The notes under the pieces were generated by a model. It made no database searches. It was not told where the DNA came from and saw only the letters and a list, made by a program, of their open reading frames with translations. Made by a program: the position numbers and the translations under genes. A DNA stretch of 64,000 nucleotides from a virus, in IMG/VR virus record IMGVR_UViG_3300002143_000153, positions 1 through 64,000 of that record, one strand, 5' to 3'. The stretch's first letter is position 1. Every line of letters starts with the position of its first letter. Positions 11,001 through 17,781 of this stretch are shown here, piece after piece.

Positions 11001-11108
11001 AAGTTTAGACACTATTATAATAAAGTTCTTTTGAGAAGACATAAATCTGGAAATAGAAAAATGCTTCTTAAATTAGTAAACACAAAACTTAATTTATCAT
11101 TTAGATAA
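5040..11108 (+). CDS. Tail stabilisation/muzzle protein (P22 gp10-like) with vWA insertion
   Basis: N-terminal FLKGMVKD..SHARNA, YWDDGNNPSR and TVSYDPKAKAWISFHDW motifs resemble crAss-like muzzle proteins; vWA DDSAS at about 9595. Confidence 0.7.
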   Translation: MAKKNSSSQNNGSSFQNTSSVDTRVFLKGMVKDMNASYQAKESWSHARNAANNSVDGDLGLIGNEPANLACAKVPYTIIGAIHTYSDQWVLYSTDDVNSEIGLFDDSKCEYITLVNDPCLNFNKKHLIVGAAKENFDCTWQTYWDDGNNPSRTLNINDIPWKQVCTDENNVVLPGPPNYNSVGCITCVDTTDLDCEKIRIAPLVDTPCITLNKGESGGQLRNGSYQVFIAYTVNEQKVTDYIGVSNIQPLFDHNDLSGSLKITVSNLDKEFEYYELVIFSNNQNQSVAKRIGLYSTEQTDIEIDYIDQSLITVPLQLIPLRSPAYEKSDSMYVVNDYLIRQGPTEQFDFNYQSLANKIRAKWLVAEYPAAYYYKGGNKTSFMRDEQYSFFIRWIYNTGERSSSYHIPGRAPKINGRNQFGKIVDETAVNIGTDSLANDEMNFQIYNTATETATGLVKPTGDGGIIIAKGDMAYWQSSEKYPATRPDIWGNLCGKYIRHHKMPTEEISANLQISTTNGTTIRLLGVEFENIAPPLDNNGDLITNIVGYEILRGSREGNKSILAKGIFRNMRTYNIPDGGQTLGNTTGLYPNYPYNDLRPDVYFHDGNADPDTHRTDGCNTFFESVRDYKPLTGYKKDYFTFHSPELMFRRPFLSAYETRIYGELDGQSVGHFIKSENHPQNKLLRNSAAVLGGAIGIGYAINQVQGTRQFNYNGPKLAAPFPLGVDPVSYGLALITLNAVGVATTVVDTVLDVLLSEAADIASIVDGGTFAFASTQGKAISDFALGGTPGMIGGSKDEIYTFDNPTSNLPKIFKLILGVAIGAVNIGIGAQEIIDLIYNQADEDDFAFKYNSHGFYDQFTTRGINKRFRTKNKSSNFIKNTFQEFEGYKVNNLFRPMTVAIATEQTLEDPTIVDKSRYTIGGDADNDFGNTYLRNPDQEQTKNISVIYGALKYNFKNQYGQLDGIKQIQMRGCVELIDVKRKQDKFVSSPIFSGDVYINRYTEKTIMPIFADFLNGQPNQYVYDYLSRVNIPYPRFWMDTRTFDATALGRDITTLGFFSGGDSLPNDLFYLDRGNTSCNHKVLGNILPNIGDKTDLNKIFSMTTAYMYTHVNGVQDFFVESEYNLAHRDWKDEPKGRHYDAYEYTNVDDLFHADIIKEGNLYNYDLSLSITKTISQVTSFGNVQPRDYDPLVAENCYQYYPKRLIYSLQAQKEAKKDFWKVFLADNYKDFKNKVNVIKPINKSGAIIFFPYQSPQMFQGVDQLETDLGTKITLGDGGLFSQAFQNVANSDLSNEYGSSESARSVVNTPAGIFYLSQAQGKVFNMSNQLDNIANAGMKWWFNKYLPSTLIRQYPDLEFSKLSDNPVIGIGCQTIYDSNDDIVYFMKKDFSVKEEFKTNINFEDDQFVLRRTVNSRPIPLVIGDSNYFDSTSWTVSYDPKAKAWISFHDWFPELSLPSINHFLTTNTVTTDIPYCPPGYTFNPETKQCENIKREIIPAKTTVHEILSSINGDCLLDIVIAMDDSASVNSNNIFQAQKDFVQSFLTSSVIANGMSAGDIQVGFTRFNSQTTSSMNPNGYSMSNTVTPAQVDLYYTPAGGFFTEICDGMTQADIKIKDVNNSQLLSRTGDPNFKSILIVITNGDTTECQGIPSGSNPSFPTFGCNQILGQPNYEIYGVFCSPTTPTLNAGALDIMNAITCGTPERQLIIVSNGGYAENDPGFVAREFSETICPGDCNCPEGYTLVYKNQNGYYTDSYGLCDPNNPPICRKVECECVGNCTPIETSGGCAGYTVYDIGDPAYINPQPLLCNCFTGKTTAPSYELSGLWRHNYRCDLYSNYYDVDYPWEVEIIENTGQEVTTLRSVEYQLESYVYKGDLHHGCADDRWHDLDFNFDESIIHNSEQVSGLLRLELNPKEDPYGMLQYPIIGAADMRILYSKEEQKYRFNQFWDATEDRGEFSAAERSIFITQLNGYIRDLNAANLNYNKDPFQHKKFRHYYNKVLLRRHKSGNRKMLLKLVNTKLNLSFR

Positions 11109-14100
11109 TGTATAAAAAATTTCAACAGCAAGAATCAAGAGGTTTACCTGGGGGACCTAATGAAATGTTTAGTTATGTAACAGGTGTATTCTCTATGGAT
11201 GGCTATAAGAGTGACTCACCGGATGTAAACAATCCTTATAATATTATACCTTCTGGTAATATAACAATGAAGGGTGTAGACTTTCCTGTTCATGGTACAG
11301 ACAACTATGGAAATCAAAAGATGATGTATCCAGGAAATGATTATAAGTTTCCTGGGGACATGGTGTTTGAAACACCTATGGCTCAAAATGGTATTGAAGT
11401 ACCTAAAAGACAAGGTGCTAGAAAAAATCCAGATGGTACTGAGTCTACTCATCTTATGGCTACTGAAACTTTAGATGGTAAAAATTGGGTTTCATTTCCA
11501 ACATTATTTCAAGATCCTGATGGTACTTGGATTGATATGTCTGATAAGCCATGGGAAGAAGCTTATGAAGAAGCTAAGAAGAGAGGTGAACTTATAGATT
11601 TTGGTACAGACAAAGAAGCTGCAATTAAGTTTGGGGAAGGTTCTTGGAAACCTAAGATGAAACGTGGTGGTGCACTGTTGAATAAAACTATGAAATGTAA
11701 CAACTGCGGTTGGTCATGGAAAGCTGCTGATGGTGGAGCTGATGTTAATACTTGTCACAAATGTGGAGGTGAAGCTTTAATCAAAGCTCAACCAGGTGTA
11801 GAATTAACAAGAAACGGTAGACTTCAATACGATAAACCTGATCCAAACGCTACATACAAGTCACCTTCTTATGAAGAATATTCTAATTTAGTAAATAAAG
11901 AAAAAACCAAAAAGGTTGAAACAATTGCTGATAGACAAAAATTAGAAAAACAAATATCAAATTATAATATTAGAGGAGAAATAACAACAGATGGTTCAGG
12001 TCAAAAATTTCAAAAACAACAAAAATTAGCAAAAGATAAACAAGGTAATTTAGTTATAAATGAGTATTTAATTAAAGTTGATGATAAACCTCTTGCTTTT
12101 AATGATTCTGGAAATAGTCCTATAAATAGAGCATTAGCTTATCCCTATGTATACGCTAGTGAAAGAACAGGAACTACTGACTTTTTTAAAGGTGATCCTG
12201 CTTATGATGCAGCTAGTAAACAAGGATTAGGCGCTTCTATGATGGATGGTTTATCTTTAATGTCTCCCTATGCTTGGGATTATTCTTTAGGTAAGGTAGG
12301 AACTAATAATCAAAGTGCTTATTCAAGTGGTGATGAATTTATTACAGACATTGCTTTATCTGGTCCTGCATCATTAGCCGGTAACTTAGTTAAAAAAGGA
12401 ATTAAACCTGTAGCTAAAGAAATACCTTCGCTTATGAATAAAGGTAGAGGTATGTTAGATAATGCAGCAGAATATGTTGTTAATCAAAGACCTGCTTCTG
12501 GTAATAATTTTGATTTAGAAAAACTTAGAAACATATATCATAATTCTCAAAGATATTTAGAACCTCAAGAATCAAGATTTTTACATAAAAAAGGTTATGG
12601 TAAACAATCCCAATATAGAAATAGGTATGATGGTACCACTGTTACAGATGAACAAGTAGATGAATTCTGGAGAATTAGAGATGCTAATCAAAATCAATTA
12701 TCACAAATACAATTAGATTTAAGAAGACATGCTCAATATGATGCAGATTTATTAGCTGATGATTATCAAAATCTTATTGCTGGAAGACCTGCTGTTAACT
12801 ATCCTAATTTAGATATAACATCTAATGAATTGCAACAACATATGTTAACTCAGCGTGAACAATACCTAAATACTCAAAGAACATGGCAAACTTTACAAAA
12901 TACACCTCAAACCCCTCTTAAACCAAAAACTCCTATTAATAAATCGGGTTTAACTAAAGATGAAGTATTACAAAAAGCATCACCTAAAGATAAAGATGGT
13001 ATTTCTAAAATGTCTGAAGCTGAATTTGAAAACACTGTTCTTAAACCTAATGGAGAAATAACCCCTTATTATTCGGGTTCTTTGGAAAAACAATTTAGCG
13101 GTTCTCAAAATGTAACGGCTTTATCTCCAAAACAATATACAGATGAATTTAATTCAAGATTAGATTTATTAAATGATATTATTGCTCAAAAAAATAAATC
13201 AGGTGTAGAATATAGAGTTAAGGGTTTAGATGAAAACGGTAGATTAACTTTTTATACACCTGAGCAATCTATACCTGCAAAATTAACAAATGACCAAAAA
13301 GCAACTATTAAAGCATTTAATAAAGATCCTAAAGATTATCTTATAAATCAAGCTGGTTTAGAACAAAAAGGAAATAAATTTAGATTACCTTGGGGATCAG
13401 GAAGCTGGGGTACTGAATTTAATAGTATAGAAGAAGCTATTGAACTTGCAAGAAATGAAATGAAACCTTTTACTAAACCAAAAGTAATATCTGGAGAATC
13501 AACTTGGAGAACTACATTAAATCCTGGCCAATGGAGAGGTGACGTTGAGGATATAGCAAATACAGAATACTTTAGAAGTATTCCTGGTTTAGAAATGTAT
13601 GATACTACGCCTGGAGTATTTGCAGATAATGTAGCAAGAAAAGGTACAGGTGCTTATGAATCTATAAATGAATATCTTAAAGCATTAAATTTAGGTAGAG
13701 TAAAACCAGGATTTAATTCTCAAACTGAATTTTCAAGAGGAGCTTGGGAAAACTTTATTAAATCAGGAAGAGGTGTAGGATTTTATGCTAATCCAAGAAC
13801 TGTATATGGTACTATGAAAACGGCAATACCGTTAACAGGTGTTGGACTTGGAGCATATTCATTATCAGATCCTAATTTTAAATCACCGTTAAATCAAAAA
13901 CAATATGGTGGTGAAGAAACAAATCCATCATTTGATTCTTGGTATTCAAGATATGCTAAAGCTACAGATAATTCTACTAACCCATATGATAAAGAACATT
14001 ACTATGATTATGAATCATTCTTTAATGATAACATAAGTAAACCTGAAAATTTATATCCATTAGATACAAGGGATTGGCATCTGTCTTCTAAATATAAAAA

Positions 14101-15973
14101 AGAGGGTCACCCAAGATTATATGAATATCCTGATGGCACATATGGTGAAAACTATATAGAAGGTGCTAAAGACACAAGAGAGTTTCAAAAAGGTGGTAAT
14201 GTAAGATACACAAGTAATCCTAATGATAGAGGTATAAAAGCTTATGCTGATAGTTTAGATTTGTATAATGAGTATATGGATTTTTACAACCAAGCATTAA
14301 ATACAAATGCAGGAACAAGAGAGCAAGTAGCAAGAAGGTATGGGATTCAAGCTGTTCCTAATAGAAATAATTTATTTAATTTGACTGGATATGATCCAAA
14401 TCTAGTTTTTTCAGATAATAGTTTAACTCATGGTCCTATAGCGGCTTATCCAAATAATAATAGCGTAAACCCAAATATTTTACCCATCGCTGCTAGAAGT
14501 TATTCAGATGTAGATAACGCATTAATTTCTCCTTTTTTAGCAGAGTATAAAAAACCAGTACAACGAGTAAAATACCGTGATCCTGAAATAGTGGCAAAAC
14601 AAAAAGAACTAATTGCCGCAGGTTATGATATAGGTGCAGCAGATGGTATTTGGGGTCCTAAATCTCAAGCTGCTTGGGAACAGACACAAAAAGAAATTGT
14701 TAACTTAAAACCTAATGTTGTTGAACCTACAACTAAAAAAGAATATTCTAGATTTGTAAATATACATGGGAAAAATTATGGCTTTAATAATCAAGAAGAA
14801 TTTTTTAATATAGCAAAAAGTAAAAATATGCCTAAAGGTTGGGCAGAAGCTAATGTTCCAAAAAATTTAGAGTTTCAAAAAGGTGGTGAATATAAAGTTA
14901 AAACAGGAGATACTTTTTATGGTATTGCTAGTAAAAATAAAATAACAAAACAAGCGTTACTAAAAGCTAATCCCGGATTAGATATACAAAATCTTAAATT
15001 AAATCAATTAATTAAACTTCCTACACCACCACCTGCACCAAAACCTGTAGCAGAACCTGTAAAACCAAAACCTCAAGAAACAGCATGGAGTGATTATATC
15101 AATCCTATGAACTGGGGTGTAACTGATAGAGATGATGATGGTACTTTTAGACAAGCATTTAGAGCAGCAAGAGTTGATGGTGACGATGAGTTTATGTGGT
15201 ATGGTAAAAGATATACTACAGATCTTGTAGAAAAAGAAATTAAAAAAGAAACTACAAATGTACCTTTAAAACCAAGTAGTTTTTTACCAACATATTTTAA
15301 TGATATTAAACAAATTGAAAATGCTGAAAAGAAAGGTTGGGATTCTGAAAAACAAAAATGGTTTCCTTATGAATCTTTTGAAGATCCTAAAAGTTTTGAT
15401 ATAGGTTATGGTCATAAAATAAAAACAGGTGAAGATTATTCAAAAGGACTTACAGAAAAAGAAATTTTAGCATTAATAAAAAAAGATTTTAATGAACATG
15501 AAAAATTAGCTGCACATTATATTAATAAAACACATGGTGCTAATACTTGGGCTAATTTAAATTCTTATCAAAAAACATTATTAACAGATACACAATATAA
15601 TGTAGGAAGTCTTGGAGAATTTCCAAGTTTTTCAAAAGGTGTAGTTAATAATGATAAAGAAACTATGTTGAAAGAATACAAAAGATACACTGATGGTAAA
15701 CCATTAGGTAGAAACAAATGGATTCTAGAAACAATAAATGATTATATAGAAAGTGATCAATTCCAACCTATTAAAAAACAAGCTGGTGGTGAAACAGAAA
15801 TGCTTTCTATGTATTCAGATTACATGATGGGTAAATATGATGGCACAGACACGGAAGAAGTTGGTAAAAAGATATATGATAAAATGAATAGACTTTATTA
15901 TAAACAAGCAAAACAAGCAGGAGTAACTGTTCCTAATTATATAATGACTAATATTATTAGGCAAACAGCATAA
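11108..15973 (+). CDS. Multidomain virion cargo protein: Zn ribbon, GNAT-like, PG-binding, LysM and lysozyme-like domains
   Basis: CNNC..CHKC; QKELIAAGYDIGAADGIWGPKS (PG_binding_1); YKVKTGDTFYGIA..ANP (LysM); E..DIGYGH..YNVG (GH24-like lysozyme). Confidence 0.75.
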   Translation: MYKKFQQQESRGLPGGPNEMFSYVTGVFSMDGYKSDSPDVNNPYNIIPSGNITMKGVDFPVHGTDNYGNQKMMYPGNDYKFPGDMVFETPMAQNGIEVPKRQGARKNPDGTESTHLMATETLDGKNWVSFPTLFQDPDGTWIDMSDKPWEEAYEEAKKRGELIDFGTDKEAAIKFGEGSWKPKMKRGGALLNKTMKCNNCGWSWKAADGGADVNTCHKCGGEALIKAQPGVELTRNGRLQYDKPDPNATYKSPSYEEYSNLVNKEKTKKVETIADRQKLEKQISNYNIRGEITTDGSGQKFQKQQKLAKDKQGNLVINEYLIKVDDKPLAFNDSGNSPINRALAYPYVYASERTGTTDFFKGDPAYDAASKQGLGASMMDGLSLMSPYAWDYSLGKVGTNNQSAYSSGDEFITDIALSGPASLAGNLVKKGIKPVAKEIPSLMNKGRGMLDNAAEYVVNQRPASGNNFDLEKLRNIYHNSQRYLEPQESRFLHKKGYGKQSQYRNRYDGTTVTDEQVDEFWRIRDANQNQLSQIQLDLRRHAQYDADLLADDYQNLIAGRPAVNYPNLDITSNELQQHMLTQREQYLNTQRTWQTLQNTPQTPLKPKTPINKSGLTKDEVLQKASPKDKDGISKMSEAEFENTVLKPNGEITPYYSGSLEKQFSGSQNVTALSPKQYTDEFNSRLDLLNDIIAQKNKSGVEYRVKGLDENGRLTFYTPEQSIPAKLTNDQKATIKAFNKDPKDYLINQAGLEQKGNKFRLPWGSGSWGTEFNSIEEAIELARNEMKPFTKPKVISGESTWRTTLNPGQWRGDVEDIANTEYFRSIPGLEMYDTTPGVFADNVARKGTGAYESINEYLKALNLGRVKPGFNSQTEFSRGAWENFIKSGRGVGFYANPRTVYGTMKTAIPLTGVGLGAYSLSDPNFKSPLNQKQYGGEETNPSFDSWYSRYAKATDNSTNPYDKEHYYDYESFFNDNISKPENLYPLDTRDWHLSSKYKKEGHPRLYEYPDGTYGENYIEGAKDTREFQKGGNVRYTSNPNDRGIKAYADSLDLYNEYMDFYNQALNTNAGTREQVARRYGIQAVPNRNNLFNLTGYDPNLVFSDNSLTHGPIAAYPNNNSVNPNILPIAARSYSDVDNALISPFLAEYKKPVQRVKYRDPEIVAKQKELIAAGYDIGAADGIWGPKSQAAWEQTQKEIVNLKPNVVEPTTKKEYSRFVNIHGKNYGFNNQEEFFNIAKSKNMPKGWAEANVPKNLEFQKGGEYKVKTGDTFYGIASKNKITKQALLKANPGLDIQNLKLNQLIKLPTPPPAPKPVAEPVKPKPQETAWSDYINPMNWGVTDRDDDGTFRQAFRAARVDGDDEFMWYGKRYTTDLVEKEIKKETTNVPLKPSSFLPTYFNDIKQIENAEKKGWDSEKQKWFPYESFEDPKSFDIGYGHKIKTGEDYSKGLTEKEILALIKKDFNEHEKLAAHYINKTHGANTWANLNSYQKTLLTDTQYNVGSLGEFPSFSKGVVNNDKETMLKEYKRYTDGKPLGRNKWILETINDYIESDQFQPIKKQAGGETEMLSMYSDYMMGKYDGTDTEEVGKKIYDKMNRLYYKQAKQAGVTVPNYIMTNIIRQTA
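14179..14887 (+). repeat. Exact 19-bp direct repeat AGAGTTTCAAAAAGGTGGT (EFQKGG) at 14179-14197 and 14869-14887
   Basis: Read directly; the copies are 690 bp apart, in frame, and flank a PG-binding module. Confidence 0.9.
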
Positions 15974-15979
15974 TTTTTA

Positions 15980-15993
15980 GTATATTAATAGTG
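15980..15993 (+). promoter_or_regulatory. Putative phage late-promoter motif
   Basis: GTATATTAATAGTG 4 nt before ATG 15998. Confidence 0.55.
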
Positions 15994-15997
15994 TATC

Positions 15998-17779
15998 ATG
16001 AAGTCAAGAAAATTAAATAAAACACCAATGTATCAAGAAGGTGGCTCTTTAAATAAGGCATCTTCAAACATTGCTGTTGAAGAACTTGTACGTGAAGTAC
16101 AACAAAGAATAGAATCAGGAGAACCTCCTGAACAAGTGCTTTTATCTTTCTTACAAGAAGGTGTAGCACAAGAACAATTGGGTATTGCTTTTGAAAATCT
16201 TGGTTATGACCCAGCTGCATTTACAGATTTAATGATGGGTGCAGAACAAATGGTTCAAGCTCAACAGCAGCAACAACAACCTCAACAAAGCATGATACCT
16301 GAAAATCCTATACCACAAGGATTTGAAGCTCCTGAAGGTGAACAACCTATAATGCAAAGAGGTGGTTCTACACCTTTATATTTACCACCTATTCCAAGAA
16401 AAGGTAACATAGCAAATGCAGCTTATTGGCTTAATGATGCTATTGGAACTGGTATGGATACTGTAAATAATTGGGATACTGATAAAGCTAAGTATAAAGA
16501 AAAACAATTATCTAATAGATCTTATGAAGTTGATTTTAAAGGTAATGATTTAAAAAATTATGTACCTACTTGGGAAAATTTAGCTTCAGGTAAAATAGAT
16601 ACAAAGAAAGAATTTGAAGATAAAGTAAAGCAGTATAGCAGGCTTAGTTTTGATCCGGGTACAAATCAGTATGCAAATGATTTAATGTGGTCTGAAAACC
16701 AGGTTAAAACGCGTTCTGAAGATCAACTTAAAGGTACAACATCACTAAAAGATTTTATGTCTAATGTATCTGGTTATAGTCAAGAAGATAAAGATATATT
16801 AAGAAGTGCAACTCAGGCACCTAAAGATACAATATTAGGTTATGATGATAATGGTTATCTTGTATCAAAAGATGCAAGTAGTCTTACACCATCTCAACGT
16901 GAAGAAGAAACTAATATTTATAAGGATATACAATTAGGTAAAAGAAAAATAAATAATTCTCAAACACCAAGTCAATCTAATACACCTATATTTGAAATAC
17001 CTGAACGGAATATGCTGCAAGCACCTTCTTCAAATTATGAGTTTAGATACGGTGGTGATTTACCAAAAGCTGAATTTGGACCACCTCATTTATTTAATCA
17101 AAATCAAACTAAAAAACCTACATTTCAAGAATGGGTTTTAGAAGATCCTGTAACAAGAGGTACTGCATCAAGTAAAGATGAATATAATAAATTATATCCT
17201 GAAACTTTTGATTTTTCAGGTCCAACAGATAATTCACTTTCAATGAGTGATCCTGAAGTTACAAGAAAAAGAACTTTAGGAAATGCTTATAATCAAGTAG
17301 AAACTTTTATAAAAGATAATCCTGGAATGAAAGCTTTTGGTGATATATCAAACGGTCTTGTTATGGGTGCAAATCTTGCAAATGAATTTTTTCAACAGAA
17401 CAAGTTTGATGACTATAAAAATGATTTTAGAAATAGTACAATAGCTGATAAAACATATTCTACTAATACACCTCCAGATGCAAGAGGTAATTGGGATCAG
17501 TATGGTTTTACAAATGTTCAAAAATTTACACCTAATATGTCTCAAGCAATGTATGGTAGTGAAATGTATAAGGCTGGTGGTGCGTTTGAACCACACATGA
17601 TGTATGATCCTAGAACTAAAGAAAGTTATAATGCTAATCAAAAAGAAGATCATTTAAGAATGGCTGAGATGGGTTATTTGCATCAAAATGAAATGTATCA
17701 AGAAGGTGGTGAAATGGAAGTTGATAACGATACTCTTATGGCATTAATAGCTGCAGGAGCAGATTTAGAAATATTATAA
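15998..17779 (+). CDS. Virion cargo protein with repeated xQxGG motifs
   Basis: MYQEGG x2, MQRGG, FRYGG, KAEFG, MYKAGG; Q-rich; lies between the muzzle and RNAP genes. Confidence 0.55.
   Translation: MKSRKLNKTPMYQEGGSLNKASSNIAVEELVREVQQRIESGEPPEQVLLSFLQEGVAQEQLGIAFENLGYDPAAFTDLMMGAEQMVQAQQQQQQPQQSMIPENPIPQGFEAPEGEQPIMQRGGSTPLYLPPIPRKGNIANAAYWLNDAIGTGMDTVNNWDTDKAKYKEKQLSNRSYEVDFKGNDLKNYVPTWENLASGKIDTKKEFEDKVKQYSRLSFDPGTNQYANDLMWSENQVKTRSEDQLKGTTSLKDFMSNVSGYSQEDKDILRSATQAPKDTILGYDDNGYLVSKDASSLTPSQREEETNIYKDIQLGKRKINNSQTPSQSNTPIFEIPERNMLQAPSSNYEFRYGGDLPKAEFGPPHLFNQNQTKKPTFQEWVLEDPVTRGTASSKDEYNKLYPETFDFSGPTDNSLSMSDPEVTRKRTLGNAYNQVETFIKDNPGMKAFGDISNGLVMGANLANEFFQQNKFDDYKNDFRNSTIADKTYSTNTPPDARGNWDQYGFTNVQKFTPNMSQAMYGSEMYKAGGAFEPHMMYDPRTKESYNANQKEDHLRMAEMGYLHQNEMYQEGGEMEVDNDTLMALIAAGADLEIL
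16027..17709 (+). repeat. Exact 18-bp direct repeat AATGTATCAAGAAGGTGG (MYQEGG) at 16027-16044 and 17692-17709
   Basis: Read directly; brackets most of the 593-aa ORF. Confidence 0.85.
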
Positions 17780-17781
17780 TA

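Noticed and set aside
16256-16290. Poly-Gln tract as a functional repeat
   Set aside because: Short low-complexity linker with mixed codons.
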